From: an uncultured Haemophilus sp.
GTDB lineage: Bacteria; Pseudomonadota; Gammaproteobacteria; Enterobacterales; Pasteurellaceae
DNA length: 64,000 nt
Reading direction: 5' to 3' (one strand)
Assembly: GCF_905205995.1 (NCBI RefSeq)
Contig: NZ_CAJLFU010000001.1
Within the stretch, counting starts at the first letter, position 1. Each line of letters starts with the position of its first letter. Position numbers and translations under genes: made by a program. Positions 41,863 to 53,702 of the stretch are shown one piece after another. The notes below the pieces were generated by a model. The model made no database searches, was not told the origin of the DNA, and saw only the letters and a program-made list of their open reading frames with translations.

Positions 41863-43272
41863 TCAATCAAACCTATCCGCCAATAAAAACTGCAAGACTG
41901 CATCCATTCTTAAATGCGGGATGCTTTCACCTTGTTGTAAAACTTGAGGTTCAAAGGAATCAAAATCAAAAGATTGTTTTGACCAGAACTCAGCATTAGG
42001 TAGTTTACTTGGAACAGATCCTGGATAAAGTGTAATCAGTTGTTTATCTAAAGAACGCACACCTTGAATAGCTTTGATTTGTTTACCGTTTTGATTAACT
42101 AAAACCTGTTTTGTTGCTCTAATCGCAGCAATTGCCGTATATTCTGTATCAATCCCTTCAAATTCAACATGACGACCGCCTTCTTGCACCAATTGGCGCA
42201 TCAGGCTGATTAGGTTTTGAATTTGATCTGTCGTGATATGATCGGCTTTTGTTGCCACAAACATGAGTTTATCAATATTCGGGGAAAACAAGCGATTAAG
42301 TAAATTGCGTTTCCCATAATGGAAATTTTTGAAAAGCTGATTAAGCCCCGTTTGCATATCGATAAAGGCTTGTTGACTGTGATTCAGTGGCGTTAAGCAA
42401 TCGGCTAAAATCACCTGGCGATCAAAAGTAGAAAAATAATTTTCATAAAAGCCTTTCACCACCTTATTACGATAATAATCATATCGCTTATTCAACACGG
42501 CAAAATAGCTATTGGATTTCGCTTCTCTTTTCAGTTTTTGCCATTGTTCTTCCGACAAATGCAATAACGGGAAAAATTGCAAAACAGGTGCGCCTTCTAA
42601 TTCCCCAGGCAAGACAAATCGGCCTGGTTGAATAAATTGCATTCCTTCTACTTTGCAGGCAAGCAAATAATCGGTATAAGATTTTGCAATCTGCGCTAAA
42701 ACATCTTCATTAACGACCGCACTTAGATCGAGTTTTTTCAGTTTATCCAACCAATCTTGAGCAAACTGCTGGCGAATACCTGATGTAATTTTAGCTTGTT
42801 CAAGTGACCATTGTTGAAAATCTAAATTCAGCAAAGGTAAATCCAATAGCCATTCACCAGGGTAATCAAAAATATCCAAGTATAATGTACCACGTTCTTT
42901 AAAATGGCGAAGTAAGCCTGATTGGCGTTCAAAACGAATAGCAAGACGTGTTTCACTTACCCCTCGGGTAGATTGGCACCATTGTGGAGGATTATTCATT
43001 AAATCATTGAGATTCGCTTCATAATCAAAACGTGGAATACTTAAATCCTGCTGTGGCACACGTTTTACTGCCAAAATAGATTGATTTCGGGCAGCCTCAA
43101 ATAAAGGAAGATGAGCATTTCCCTCTTGATTAATATATAACAATTGATTAATCAAGCTCGTAATAAAGGCTGTTTTACCGCTTCGACTTAGCCCTGTCAC
43201 AGCTAAACGTAAAGTGCGGTCAAATCCACGATTGATTATTTGATTAATTTCCCGATTAATTGATTTAAACAT
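41863..43272 (-). CDS. ycjX: YcjX-like P-loop ATPase (DUF463)
   Basis: N-terminal P-loop LAVTGLSRSGKTAF; 469 aa. In E. coli it is the operon partner of ycjF. Confidence 0.85.
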   Translation of the reverse strand: MFKSINREINQIINRGFDRTLRLAVTGLSRSGKTAFITSLINQLLYINQEGNAHLPLFEAARNQSILAVKRVPQQDLSIPRFDYEANLNDLMNNPPQWCQSTRGVSETRLAIRFERQSGLLRHFKERGTLYLDIFDYPGEWLLDLPLLNLDFQQWSLEQAKITSGIRQQFAQDWLDKLKKLDLSAVVNEDVLAQIAKSYTDYLLACKVEGMQFIQPGRFVLPGELEGAPVLQFFPLLHLSEEQWQKLKREAKSNSYFAVLNKRYDYYRNKVVKGFYENYFSTFDRQVILADCLTPLNHSQQAFIDMQTGLNQLFKNFHYGKRNLLNRLFSPNIDKLMFVATKADHITTDQIQNLISLMRQLVQEGGRHVEFEGIDTEYTAIAAIRATKQVLVNQNGKQIKAIQGVRSLDKQLITLYPGSVPSKLPNAEFWSKQSFDFDSFEPQVLQQGESIPHLRMDAVLQFLLADRFD

Positions 43273-43360
43273 ATCCTAAAAATCCAATAACTAGCCATTT
43301 TTGCCAAGATATTTTACAATTCACTCAATTTATCACAAAACGGTCTTTAATAATAAAGCT

Positions 43361-45061
43361 ATGTTACGTCGAAATGTCACTTTTTGTTTTTTATTGTGTG
43401 GGTTGAGCCAAATTAATCTGGCACAAGCCGCGCCAAGCATGCCCAAAATTCTGACAGAAAACGGCTTAACATACTGCACGAATGCATCGGGTTTTTCCTT
43501 TAACCCGCAAACTGCAGACGCCGGCACCAGTATGAATGTGGTGACGGAGCAAATTTATAACAAACTGTTTGATATTAAAGATCATAGTGCTGCGCTTGTT
43601 CCAGTATTAGCACAATCCTATTCAATTTCATCTGATGGCAAACAAATTCTCATTAATCTTCGTAAAGGGGTAAAATTCCATCGTACTCCTTGGTTTACAC
43701 CAACTCGTGACTTTAATGCCGAAGATGTGGTCTTTTCGATTAATCGTGTTTTAGGGCACGATACTTATCTGCCAACACTTTCAGATGATGTGGTAACTTA
43801 TAAAAATCCGCAATATAGAATCTTCCACGAGCAGGCCAAGAAGGTTCACTTTCCGTATTTTGAAAGTATTAAGCTGAATCAAAAAATTAAAAGTATCACA
43901 GCAACCAATCCTTATCAGGTCAAAATTGAACTGTTTGAACCCGATGCCTCAATTCTGTCGCATCTTGCCAGTCAGTACTCTATTATTTTCTCGCAAGAAT
44001 ATGCGTATCAATTAAGTGCCGATGATAATCTCACCCAATTAGACACACACCCTGTTGGCACGGGCCCTTATCAAGTGAAAGATTATGTTTATAACCAATA
44101 TGTTCGCTTGGTACGCAATGAAGATTATTGGAAAAAAGAAGCCAAAATTAAAAATATTATTGTGGATCTTTCAGCGGATCGTACAGGGCGTTTAATTAAA
44201 TTCTTTAATAATGAATGTCAAATCGCTTCTTATCCCGAAGTCAGTCAACTCGGCTTGTTAAGTGAAAAAGATGATCGCTACTATCTGCAATCTACAGATG
44301 GCATGAACTTGGCCTATTTGGCTTTCAATTTCCAAAAGCCATTAATGCAAGATAAAACTATTCGTCAAGCCATTTCGCAAAGCTTAAACCGTTTTAGAAT
44401 TGTGCGAAATATTTACCACAATACAGCAACCGTAGCGAATAACATTATCCCTGATATTTCTTGGGCTTCTGCGATTAATACACCTGATTTTTCTTATGAT
44501 TATCAGCCCTCAGAAGCGGAAAAAACGTTGCGCGATAAAAAACTCACGTTAAAAATGTGGGTAATAAACGAAGAGCAAGTATATAACCCTGCACCAATTA
44601 AAATGGCGGAGCTCATTAAATGGGATTTAGCCAAAGCGGGAGTGGATGTTAAAGTGCGGTCAGTCACACGTACATATTTAATCGAACAATTACGCAAAGG
44701 CACAGAAGATTATGATTTAATCTTAACGGGTTGGCTTGCTGGAAACCTTGATCCTGACGGTTTTATGCGTCCAATTTTAAGTTGTGATACACAAAAGGAA
44801 ATCACTAATCTCTCTAATTGGTGTAACCCAGAATTCGATAAGATGATGGATCGTGCACTATCCACCAATCATTTGTATGAACGTTCTAAAGCATATAACA
44901 ATGCGCAAGAGCTCATTTTAAACGAATTACCTATTGTGCCAATTGCAAACGTCAAACGGCTTTTGGTTGCACGTGGTAATGTAAAAGGAATTGAGATGAC
45001 CCCATTTGGTAGCATCAATTTTTCTACCTTGTATTTCATGAAAAATAAGGAGAAAAAATAA
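43361..45061 (+). CDS. sapA: antimicrobial-peptide/haem ABC transporter substrate-binding protein SapA
   Basis: Family-5 SBP with signal peptide. The ORF opens at 43301; the likely start is MLRRNV. Followed by sapBCDF. Confidence 0.85.
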   Translation: MLRRNVTFCFLLCGLSQINLAQAAPSMPKILTENGLTYCTNASGFSFNPQTADAGTSMNVVTEQIYNKLFDIKDHSAALVPVLAQSYSISSDGKQILINLRKGVKFHRTPWFTPTRDFNAEDVVFSINRVLGHDTYLPTLSDDVVTYKNPQYRIFHEQAKKVHFPYFESIKLNQKIKSITATNPYQVKIELFEPDASILSHLASQYSIIFSQEYAYQLSADDNLTQLDTHPVGTGPYQVKDYVYNQYVRLVRNEDYWKKEAKIKNIIVDLSADRTGRLIKFFNNECQIASYPEVSQLGLLSEKDDRYYLQSTDGMNLAYLAFNFQKPLMQDKTIRQAISQSLNRFRIVRNIYHNTATVANNIIPDISWASAINTPDFSYDYQPSEAEKTLRDKKLTLKMWVINEEQVYNPAPIKMAELIKWDLAKAGVDVKVRSVTRTYLIEQLRKGTEDYDLILTGWLAGNLDPDGFMRPILSCDTQKEITNLSNWCNPEFDKMMDRALSTNHLYERSKAYNNAQELILNELPIVPIANVKRLLVARGNVKGIEMTPFGSINFSTLYFMKNKEKK

Positions 45062-46026
45062 TGCTCTTTTCAGCAATTCGTTATGTCATTTGGGTAAGCA
45101 TTTTATTATTGATTTTATCCGTATTAAGCTTTGGGATTTTAATGCGAGATCCGCTCAATGCAGATCTTGTCACAAATAACATTTATAGTGCTTATTATCA
45201 TTACCTTACATCATTGTTACAGGGTGATTTAGGGATTACCTATAACGGCGGAGAATCGTTAAAAGATTTAATTTTTACTGTATTACCTCCCACGTTAGAA
45301 CTCTGTTTTACCGCACTTTTATTGGCTTGCATCTTAGGTATTCCTCTCGGCGTATTAAGTGCGGTCTATAATCAGCGTCCTTGTGCACGCGCATTGCAAA
45401 GTATCTCTAATGTAGGTTTGTCTATTCCTATTTTCTGGTTTGCCCCGATTTTGCTCTATGTGGCAGCGATTCAAAGCTGGGAGATTGCAGCCATCGGGCA
45501 GTATAATTTACTGTATGAAATCAAACCTATCACAGGCTTCCCTACCATTGATATGTGGTTTGTTGATGTCCCTTACCGAACCAAAATCGTACAAAACGTT
45601 TTACAGCATTTAGCCTTACCGACATTAGTGCTTTGTATTCTGCCGACAATGGAATTTATCCGAATCATTCAGCAACGAGCTGATTATTTACTTCAACAAG
45701 AATATGCAAAAGCGGCTGTAACACGTGGATGGTCGAAATGGACGATTTTAAAACGTTACGTTTTTCGTAATACATTTCCATTATTAATTCCACAGCTTAC
45801 TCGCGTATTTACCTTAGTATTAACACAATGTATGCTGGTAGAAAACGTTTTAGGTTGGCCTGGAATTGGGCGTTGGCTCATTGATGCCGTCACACAACAA
45901 GATTACAACAGTATTTCGGCTGGTGTCGTTGTGATCGGTGTTTGCATCATCATTATTGATACCTTAGCCAAGTTGCTGATGTTTATGTTAGATCCATTTA
46001 ATAAGAAGGGCTGGTATGCAAGATAG
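45061..46026 (+). CDS. sapB: Sap ABC transporter permease SapB
   Basis: DppB/OppB-type permease; 321 aa. Confidence 0.85.
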   Translation: MLFSAIRYVIWVSILLLILSVLSFGILMRDPLNADLVTNNIYSAYYHYLTSLLQGDLGITYNGGESLKDLIFTVLPPTLELCFTALLLACILGIPLGVLSAVYNQRPCARALQSISNVGLSIPIFWFAPILLYVAAIQSWEIAAIGQYNLLYEIKPITGFPTIDMWFVDVPYRTKIVQNVLQHLALPTLVLCILPTMEFIRIIQQRADYLLQQEYAKAAVTRGWSKWTILKRYVFRNTFPLLIPQLTRVFTLVLTQCMLVENVLGWPGIGRWLIDAVTQQDYNSISAGVVVIGVCIIIIDTLAKLLMFMLDPFNKKGWYAR

Positions 46027-46903
46027 AGAACCTGATGAATTTCGCGAAAGCACCTCCCTCTTTCAAATTTGGTTGCTTTTCCGCCAAAATCGTGTGGCAT
46101 TATTTAGTTTCTACTTATTTTTTGTCCTGATTTTGGTCGCTCTTTTCCCGAAACTAATCATGCCTTATAGCGAAAGCATGGAGTTTGTCGGTGAAGAACT
46201 CATGCCGCCATCTTGGGTAGAAAAAGGGCGCATCGCTTTTTTCTTTGGTACCGATGATCTTGGCCGCGATGTACTCAGTCGATTAATCATGGGAACACAA
46301 TACACCCTTGGTTCATCCCTTTTGGTAGTTATTGCCGTGGCGATTATTGGTGGTGCATTAGGTATTCTCGCGGGTATGTCTGACGGGATTAAAGCGCGTT
46401 TTTTAGGTCATTTTTTTGATGCTTTTTTATCGATTCCTATTTTGCTGATTGCCATTATCATTTCCACGTTAATGGAACCAAGCTTAATGAATGCGATGTT
46501 TGCTACCCTACTGGCCATTTTGCCGTATTTTGTATATGCCATTTATCAAGCGATTCAGCAAGAGCTAAAAAAAGACTACGTACTCTTACTGAAATTAGAT
46601 GGTATTTCAAACTGGGAATTATTAAAAACCACAATCTTACCGAATATTAGTATCGTCTATACGCAAGAAATCGCTCGCGCATTTGTTGTGGCAATTTTAG
46701 ATATCACAGCACTAAGTTTTATTTCTCTTGGTGCGCAACGCCCTATGCCAGAATGGGGTGCGATGATTAAAGACTCGCTAGAGTTGATTTATCTTGCTCC
46801 TTGGACAGTATTATTACCTGGTTTTGCTATTATTTTTACCATTTTATTAAGCATTATTTTTACTAACGGATTGTGTCAAGCAATCAATAAATATTACGAG
46901 TAA
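46016..46903 (+). CDS. sapC: Sap ABC transporter permease SapC
   Basis: DppC/OppC-type permease; 295 aa. Confidence 0.85.
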   Translation: MQDREPDEFRESTSLFQIWLLFRQNRVALFSFYLFFVLILVALFPKLIMPYSESMEFVGEELMPPSWVEKGRIAFFFGTDDLGRDVLSRLIMGTQYTLGSSLLVVIAVAIIGGALGILAGMSDGIKARFLGHFFDAFLSIPILLIAIIISTLMEPSLMNAMFATLLAILPYFVYAIYQAIQQELKKDYVLLLKLDGISNWELLKTTILPNISIVYTQEIARAFVVAILDITALSFISLGAQRPMPEWGAMIKDSLELIYLAPWTVLLPGFAIIFTILLSIIFTNGLCQAINKYYE

Positions 46904-46906
46904 CTC

Positions 46907-47962
46907 ATGGCGCTGTTAGATATTCGCAATCTAAATATTGAAATTCAAACACCAAACGGCCGCATAAAAATTGTGGACGGCGTCAATCTTTCGCTTAATG
47001 AAGGGGAAATTCTAGGACTCGTCGGTGAATCAGGTTCCGGTAAAAGCTTAATCGCTAAAGTAATCAGTAATTCCATAAAAGACAACTGGATTGTCACGGC
47101 TGACCGTTTTCGTTTTAATGATATTGAATTGCTTAAACTCACACCGAATCAACGTCGAAAAATCGTCGGAAAAGAAATTTCAATGATCTTCCAAAACCCA
47201 TTAAGTTGCCTTGATCCAAGCCGAAAAATTGGTAAGCAGCTTATCCAAAGCATTCCAAACTGGACTTTTAAAGGCCGTTGGTGGCAATGGTTTGGTTGGA
47301 AAAAACGTCGCGCAATTGAACTACTACACCGTGTAGGGATTAAAGACCATAAAGACATTATGGCAAGTTATCCAGATGATCTCACTGAAGGTGAAGGTCA
47401 AAAAGTGATGATTGCTGTGGCAGTGGCGAATCAACCTCGTCTATTAATTGCGGACGAACCCACTAATTCTTTGGAATCTATCACTGCCTTGCAAATTTTC
47501 CGTTTGCTTTCGAGCATGAATCAAAACCAAGGTACAACGATTTTATTAGCAAGTAACGATCTAAAAAGTATCAGCGAATGGTGCGATAGTATTTCTGTAC
47601 TTTATTGTGGACAAAATACGGAATCGGGACCAACAGAACAATTATTGGAAACGCCTCATCACCCTTATACGCAAGCCTTGCTCTACTCTGTGCCGGATTT
47701 TAGTCGTCCTTTAAGCTTTAAAAGCAAATTAGGGACACTCGAAGGCACTGTGCCGATTTTGGAACAAATGCCTATTGGTTGTCGTTTAGGGCCACGTTGT
47801 CCTTTCGCTCAACGTGAATGCATTCAAAAACCAAGCCGCTATCGCATTAAACAGCATGAGTTCTCCTGCCATCATCCGATCAATCTTCGAGAACGGCAGT
47901 TTAAAGATAAAGTGGCCGCTTCACCGCTTACGCTTAACACTGAATCAAAAGGAAACGAATAA
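46907..47962 (+). CDS. sapD: Sap ABC transporter ATPase SapD
   Basis: Walker A GESGSGKS and a C-terminal oligopeptide-ATPase domain. Confidence 0.85.
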   Translation: MALLDIRNLNIEIQTPNGRIKIVDGVNLSLNEGEILGLVGESGSGKSLIAKVISNSIKDNWIVTADRFRFNDIELLKLTPNQRRKIVGKEISMIFQNPLSCLDPSRKIGKQLIQSIPNWTFKGRWWQWFGWKKRRAIELLHRVGIKDHKDIMASYPDDLTEGEGQKVMIAVAVANQPRLLIADEPTNSLESITALQIFRLLSSMNQNQGTTILLASNDLKSISEWCDSISVLYCGQNTESGPTEQLLETPHHPYTQALLYSVPDFSRPLSFKSKLGTLEGTVPILEQMPIGCRLGPRCPFAQRECIQKPSRYRIKQHEFSCHHPINLRERQFKDKVAASPLTLNTESKGNE

Positions 47963-48765
47963 TGCCATTATTGAAAGTGGAAAATCTCAGTAAAACCTTT
48001 GATGGTCCAGCCAAACTTTTTGGGTCTGAGCAGTTTTATGCGGTAAAGGATGTCAGCTTTTCGCTTAGTCGGAAAGAAACACTTGCGATTATTGGTAAAA
48101 ATGGTTCAGGAAAATCCACCTTAGTGAAAATGATTGCAGGAATTACCCCTCCTACATCTGGAAAAATCTTATTTAATAATTTACCGCTTCAATTTGAAGA
48201 TTTTCAGTATCGTGCGCAACATATCCGAATGGTTTTCCAAGATGCAAATTCAGCGTTTAATCCGCGTTTAAATATTGGACAAGCCTTAGATGCACCACTG
48301 CGATTAATTACCGATTGGGATGAAGAAACTCGTAACGAAAAGATCTTTGAAACACTTTCTCTGGTGGGGCTTTATCCTGATTACACCAATCTTAAAATTA
48401 AACATCTTTCGGTCAGTCAAAAACAACGAATTGCCTTAGCTCGTGCACTGATTCTTCAACCTGAGATCATTATTATTGATGATGCATTGAGTGCGTTAGA
48501 TGCCTCTGTGCGTATTCAATTGCTTAATCTAATTTTAGATTTACAAGAACATTTAGGTATTTCCTATATTTATGTCGGACAAAATTTAGGCATTATCAAA
48601 CACATTGCAGATCAGGTGCTGGTTATGGACGAAGGTGAAATTATCGAGTCTGGCACACCGAGAGAAATCTTTACCAATCCTCAAAATAATATTACTCGCC
48701 TTCTTGTAGAAAGCCATTTTGGTCAATTACTCGATAAAAATGCTTGGCAAACAACCACTTCCTAA
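47962..48765 (+). CDS. sapF: Sap ABC transporter ATPase SapF
   Basis: Walker [10 protein letters not shown]; 267 aa. Confidence 0.85.
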   Translation: MPLLKVENLSKTFDGPAKLFGSEQFYAVKDVSFSLSRKETLAIIGKNGSGKSTLVKMIAGITPPTSGKILFNNLPLQFEDFQYRAQHIRMVFQDANSAFNPRLNIGQALDAPLRLITDWDEETRNEKIFETLSLVGLYPDYTNLKIKHLSVSQKQRIALARALILQPEIIIIDDALSALDASVRIQLLNLILDLQEHLGISYIYVGQNLGIIKHIADQVLVMDEGEIIESGTPREIFTNPQNNITRLLVESHFGQLLDKNAWQTTTS

Positions 48766-48860
48766 TCATCTGTAAATTCAAGTTAGGCATAGACATCTTA
48801 AAAAAACGTCTTTAAAATTGACCGCTCTTTTCATTCTTTTAACAAAATAGGAAAGCAACT

Positions 48861-49793
48861 ATGCAAGCATTATTAAAACTCACTAACTTTGTGAGCAAAA
48901 CTTTCGCACTATGGGCGATTGTTTTTGCTCTTCTCGCCTTTCTCTTCCCTGCACAATTTAAAATTTTTGCACCATTCATTCCTTACCTTTTAGGTTTAGT
49001 GATGTTTGGTATGGGGATTACCTTAACGTTTGCTGATTTCAGTGAAGTGGCTAAACACCCTAAATCTGTATTTATTGGTGTGGCAGGTCAATTTATCATT
49101 ATGCCTGCTGTCGCATTCGGGTTAGCAAAAGCCTTTAATTTGCCAGCTGATTTAGCGGTTGGCGTGATTCTTGTAGGTTCTTGCCCAGGTGGCACTTCAT
49201 CAAACGTAATGACTTACTTAGCGAGAGGTAACACTGCGCTTTCTGTCACTTGTACCACAATTTCAACCTTACTTTCACCAGTATTAACCCCTGCTATTTT
49301 CTATGTATTAGCAAGCCAATGGTTAGATATTAATGCGGGCGCGATGTTTATGTCTGTATTACAAATGGTATTATTCCCAATTTTCTTAGGTTTAGTCGTT
49401 CATGCACTCTTCAAAAAACAAGTGGAACAAGCAAGCCAAACTATGCCATTAGTGTCTGTTATTTCTATCGTCTTAATCTTGGCAGCGGTAGTGGCAGTAA
49501 GCAAAGATAAAATCATAGAATCAGGTCTATTAATTTTCAGCGTGGTAGTTTTACATAACTGCTTAGGCTATTTAATTGGTTACTTTGCGGCAAAATTATT
49601 TAAACTTAATACGGCGGATAGTAAAGCGGTGGCAATTGAAGTGGGTATGCAAAACTCTGCTTTAGGTGCTGCATTAGCTGCTGCTCATTTCAACCCAATT
49701 GCAGCGGTACCAAGTGCCTTATTTAGTTTCTGGCACAATGTATCGGGTCCAATTTTGGCGAATATTTTCTCTAATATCAAAAATGAAAAATAA
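48861..49793 (+). CDS. bile acid:sodium symporter (BASS) family membrane protein
   Basis: 310 aa with about 9 TM segments and Gly/Ala-rich helices typical of BASS/ASBT. It occupies the position held by sapZ in H. influenzae. Confidence 0.55.
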   Translation: MQALLKLTNFVSKTFALWAIVFALLAFLFPAQFKIFAPFIPYLLGLVMFGMGITLTFADFSEVAKHPKSVFIGVAGQFIIMPAVAFGLAKAFNLPADLAVGVILVGSCPGGTSSNVMTYLARGNTALSVTCTTISTLLSPVLTPAIFYVLASQWLDINAGAMFMSVLQMVLFPIFLGLVVHALFKKQVEQASQTMPLVSVISIVLILAAVVAVSKDKIIESGLLIFSVVVLHNCLGYLIGYFAAKLFKLNTADSKAVAIEVGMQNSALGAALAAAHFNPIAAVPSALFSFWHNVSGPILANIFSNIKNEK

Positions 49794-49814
49794 GCGATTT
49801 GGGTAAAAAAAAAT

Positions 49815-49845
49815 AAGGGCGGAAATTACATTCCGCCCTTTTTGT
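49815..49845. terminator. bidirectional hairpin terminator
   Basis: Hairpin aagggcggaa-attaca-ttccgccctt followed by ttt. Confidence 0.6.
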
Positions 49846-49856
49846 ATTTTACTGTT

Positions 49857-51719
49857 TTACTTAACCGAACCACAATTTAAACAATACAAATACTGCCCTT
49901 TTGGATCATTAAATTTGGTTAACACATTCAGTTGTTTTTTCACTTGATGCACTTCCTGTGGTAATCCTAACCAATTTGTCAGTAACACTTGGCCTTTTTG
50001 TTTAAGCTTACGATCTAATTGAGCTAAGAAGCTATTATCTTCATCAACCAACCATTGCACACTAAAGCTATCCATATATTTATCCGGATTTTGGTTTACT
50101 AGGGCACCAGCTTTCTCAATAGATACATCTATATCACCTAATTCATCCACCAAACCATTTTTATGTGCATCTTGCCCTAACCAAACTTGGCCTTGAGCAA
50201 TTTTATCTACTTTATCTTTTGATAACTGACGACCACGGCTTACGACATCTAAGAAGCGGTCATAACCATTTTCAATACCAAGTTGATAGATATCTTGAGT
50301 ATTTTTATTCAGAGGGCTTAAAGCTGATGTTTCCGCGAGATCTGTTGTCGCTACCCCATCGGTACTCATTCCCATTTTTTTAATCGTGTTTTCAAAGGTT
50401 GGGAATAATGTAAAGATCCCAATGGAACCCGTAATCGTATTTTTATCTGCCACAATATAATCTGCAGTAGATGAAATCCAATAACCACCAGATGCAGCCA
50501 TACCGCCCATAGATACCACAACAGGCTTACCTGCTTTTTGAAGATTTTCAGTTTCCTGACGAATAATTTCTGATGCAAAAGCGCTACCGCCCGGAGAATT
50601 AACACGGAGAACAACCGCCTTTACTTTCTCGTTATTGTAGGCTTGTCTCAATAACTTCGCGATGGTATCGCCACCAGCTGATTCCTCATCACTTTCCCCA
50701 TCAATAATTGTCCCTTCGACATTAACTACAGCAACGATATTTTTTTCATTTGGATCAACAGAGAAACGATCACCTAAATCAGATAAATAATCTTCAAAAT
50801 CTAATAATTTAGTATTTCCCTCTGCATCTCGACCAAAAAATGCGGTCAATTTTTTATCTAAATCCAATCTTGTCGCAAAATGTGTCACTAACTGACGTTT
50901 TTTTACATAAGCCGTTTCATCACCCTTTAACGCTTTTAAATCACTAATATATTTTTGTGCATTGGGTAATACATCATTAGCGGTAATATGACGATTAACC
51001 ATTAACGTTTGCATGTAGTTTTGCCACATACCCCCAAGCCATTTCTGCATATTCGCTCGTGCTTCTGGTGACATATCATCACGCAAGAAAGGTTCTACCG
51101 CGGACTTATATGTCCCCACTCGGAAAATATGCGGCGTAATTTCAAGTTTTTCGAGCATGGATTTGAAGTAAAGATTTTCCTGACGCAAACCTTGAATGCT
51201 GACTTGTCCAATCGGATTGAGATAAATTTCATCCGCAAAACTCGCAAGAAAATATTGTGATTGTGTGTAATTGTCAGCATAAGCAATAACTGGCTTTTGT
51301 GATTCTTTAAAACTTTGAATGGCCTTTCCTACATACTCTAATGATGGAAGATCCCCCCCTTCAAAGTCATTTAAATTCAACACTAAACCACGAATTCGTT
51401 CATCATCTTTCGCAGATAAAATACTTTGCACCACATCAAAGGTTGAATATTTATAAGAGACTTTTTCATTATTTAAACGTTGGAGTTCCTTTTCCCAACT
51501 CAACATATCTTCCGTGTTATCCGCAAGATAGCCCGTTAAATTTAAATATAATGCACCTTGATCACCTGATAAGACTTGGCTTTTCTTACCATCCCCAAAA
51601 AGGCCGACAAGAAAAATCAACGCTAAAACAAATAATAAAAACACAAAATTCATCACAAGATTTCGGATAAAATTGAGTGCTTTACAACAAAATTTCAATA
51701 CGCTTAAGATGTCATTCAT
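49857..51719 (-). CDS. sppA: signal peptide peptidase A (protease IV)
   Basis: 620 aa with two ClpP-like halves (S49 family). Confidence 0.9.
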   Translation of the reverse strand: MNDILSVLKFCCKALNFIRNLVMNFVFLLFVLALIFLVGLFGDGKKSQVLSGDQGALYLNLTGYLADNTEDMLSWEKELQRLNNEKVSYKYSTFDVVQSILSAKDDERIRGLVLNLNDFEGGDLPSLEYVGKAIQSFKESQKPVIAYADNYTQSQYFLASFADEIYLNPIGQVSIQGLRQENLYFKSMLEKLEITPHIFRVGTYKSAVEPFLRDDMSPEARANMQKWLGGMWQNYMQTLMVNRHITANDVLPNAQKYISDLKALKGDETAYVKKRQLVTHFATRLDLDKKLTAFFGRDAEGNTKLLDFEDYLSDLGDRFSVDPNEKNIVAVVNVEGTIIDGESDEESAGGDTIAKLLRQAYNNEKVKAVVLRVNSPGGSAFASEIIRQETENLQKAGKPVVVSMGGMAASGGYWISSTADYIVADKNTITGSIGIFTLFPTFENTIKKMGMSTDGVATTDLAETSALSPLNKNTQDIYQLGIENGYDRFLDVVSRGRQLSKDKVDKIAQGQVWLGQDAHKNGLVDELGDIDVSIEKAGALVNQNPDKYMDSFSVQWLVDEDNSFLAQLDRKLKQKGQVLLTNWLGLPQEVHQVKKQLNVLTKFNDPKGQYLYCLNCGSVK

Positions 51720-51834
51720 GTGAAATTAAACCTTTAAAAACAGAAATAAAAATTGTGCGTAGCCTATCATAAAGTTTAGTGAAAAACTATGTTATAATTA
51801 ACCGCACTTAAAACTAAAAAAAGGGAAAAACACT

Positions 51835-52389
51835 ATGGACGCATTAACTCTTTTAACACAACGCAAATCCAATAAAAAATTAACGGCGCCAGCACCTAGC
51901 CAAGTGCAATTAGAACAAATGTTTCAAGCGGCTTTACGTGCACCTGATCATGGTAAACTCGAACCTTATCATTTTGTCGTGATGCAAGGCACTGGTTTAA
52001 GTAAATTAGAAGGCTTGCTCAAAGCAGCTGTAACTGAATTTAATTTAGGTGAAGAGCGACTAAAAAAAGCAGAGAATTTTGCACGCCGCGCACCGATGGT
52101 TATTGCCGTCATTGCTAAAATTAATCATGAAGTCGCCAAAGTTCCTGGTTGGGAACAAATGCTTACTGCAGGTGCAGCAACTTATGCTCTTCAACTTGCT
52201 GGTAATGCGCTAGGCTTTGATAGTTTTTGGGCAACGGGTCCACTTATTGAAGGACGTGAATTACGTGAAGCATTTGGCTGTGGTAAAAATGATAAAATTG
52301 TTGCCTTATTACAAATTGGTACAGCAGCTGAAAAATTAGAAAAAGAGTGTAAACCAAAAGATTTATCACGTTTCGTCAGCCATTTATAA
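51835..52389 (+). CDS. ydjA: NAD(P)H nitroreductase YdjA
   Basis: 184 aa. Collinear with E. coli YdjA; the divergent sppA/ydjA arrangement matches E. coli. Confidence 0.8.
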   Translation: MDALTLLTQRKSNKKLTAPAPSQVQLEQMFQAALRAPDHGKLEPYHFVVMQGTGLSKLEGLLKAAVTEFNLGEERLKKAENFARRAPMVIAVIAKINHEVAKVPGWEQMLTAGAATYALQLAGNALGFDSFWATGPLIEGRELREAFGCGKNDKIVALLQIGTAAEKLEKECKPKDLSRFVSHL

Positions 52390-52394
52390 AAATC

Positions 52395-52422
52395 AAAAAA
52401 GGCGGAAATTTCCGCCTTTTCT
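52395..52422. terminator. bidirectional hairpin terminator
   Basis: Hairpin aaaaaaggcggaaatttccgcctttt. Confidence 0.6.
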
Positions 52423-52429
52423 ATTCCTT

Positions 52430-53515
52430 TTATTCTAACTCGCCTTCTATCCCGCTTCGAATTTTGTGCTCAAACGCCGTATAATCTACTAAAAAGGCAT
52501 CATGTCCATAATCCGATGGGAATTCGTAAAATTTTAAATCGACTCCCGCTTGTTCTAAAAGCTGTTTACTTTTATGTAAATCAATAGATTTAAACAGTTG
52601 GTCTGTCGTCACAGAGACTAACGTATAACGTGCTTTAATTCGAGATAAGGCTTCTTTTATATCCGAATAACCAACACTTGGATCATATAGATCGAGTGCA
52701 CGTAATAAATGCAAATAAGTGTTGGCATCAAAACGATCTAAGAATTTTTTGCCTTGATAACTCAAATAGGATTCTACTTGAAAGTGATCACCCCAAAATT
52801 GTCCTTCAGATTTAGTTGCTCGCCCAAATGCCTTGGCTAACTGTACATCTGTCCGATAGGTTAACATTCCCAACATACGAGCAATAGAAAGCCCCTGATT
52901 AGGCGGTGTCCCCTCATAATAATCGCCATTATTAAAATTCGGATCATTAATGACGGCCTGACGCATGACATGGTTAAATCCAATGGCTTCCGCACTAAAG
53001 AAGATAGAAGAACAAAGATTCACAATGTTATCCATAAAATCTGGATAATCAATTGCCCATTGTGTAGCTTGCATACCACCAAAAGAGCCTCCCACTATTG
53101 CTTTTAAATGAGGGATACCGAGATGCTCCAGCAAGGCTTTTTGGACTTTGATAATATCTTGAACGATGATATTCGGGAACTGGCTACCATAAGGTTTTCC
53201 CGTAGTGGGATTAATTGAGCTTGGTCCCGTTGTGCCTTTACAACCACCTAATACATTTGAGCAAATAAAAAAGTATTTAGATGTATCAAAAGCGAGACCT
53301 TCGCCCATAAAGTTTTGCCACCAACCGTCTTTATTCGGTTCATCAAAATAAGGTTCTGCATCTCCCGTTAAGGCATGACAAATTAATACAGCATTGCTTT
53401 TATCTGCATTTAAAGTGCCGTAAGTTTGATACGCGACATTAATAGGCGAAAGCTGTCCGCCCAATGTTAATTGGAGTGGATTGTCTTGAAAAAGCACGAC
53501 ATTTTGCACAGCCAT
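52430..53515 (-). CDS. metX: homoserine O-acetyltransferase
   Basis: Alpha/beta hydrolase; catalytic Ser in GGSFGGMQA; 361 aa. Confidence 0.9.
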   Translation of the reverse strand: MAVQNVVLFQDNPLQLTLGGQLSPINVAYQTYGTLNADKSNAVLICHALTGDAEPYFDEPNKDGWWQNFMGEGLAFDTSKYFFICSNVLGGCKGTTGPSSINPTTGKPYGSQFPNIIVQDIIKVQKALLEHLGIPHLKAIVGGSFGGMQATQWAIDYPDFMDNIVNLCSSIFFSAEAIGFNHVMRQAVINDPNFNNGDYYEGTPPNQGLSIARMLGMLTYRTDVQLAKAFGRATKSEGQFWGDHFQVESYLSYQGKKFLDRFDANTYLHLLRALDLYDPSVGYSDIKEALSRIKARYTLVSVTTDQLFKSIDLHKSKQLLEQAGVDLKFYEFPSDYGHDAFLVDYTAFEHKIRSGIEGELE

Positions 53516-53702
53516 TGAAATGATAACCTTTTACGTTGATGGTTCACCAATTATCAACAGCTCATTTTTTTTGTCAAGAAATTTTAGACGTTTAGACGTC
53601 TAAATATTTTCTTATCAATTCAGTAAACAAATTACACTTGAACTTACATTGTTTTTTCAGTATGTTAGCAAAATGCAACTATCCCAAACGCTGTCAAAAA
53701 TG

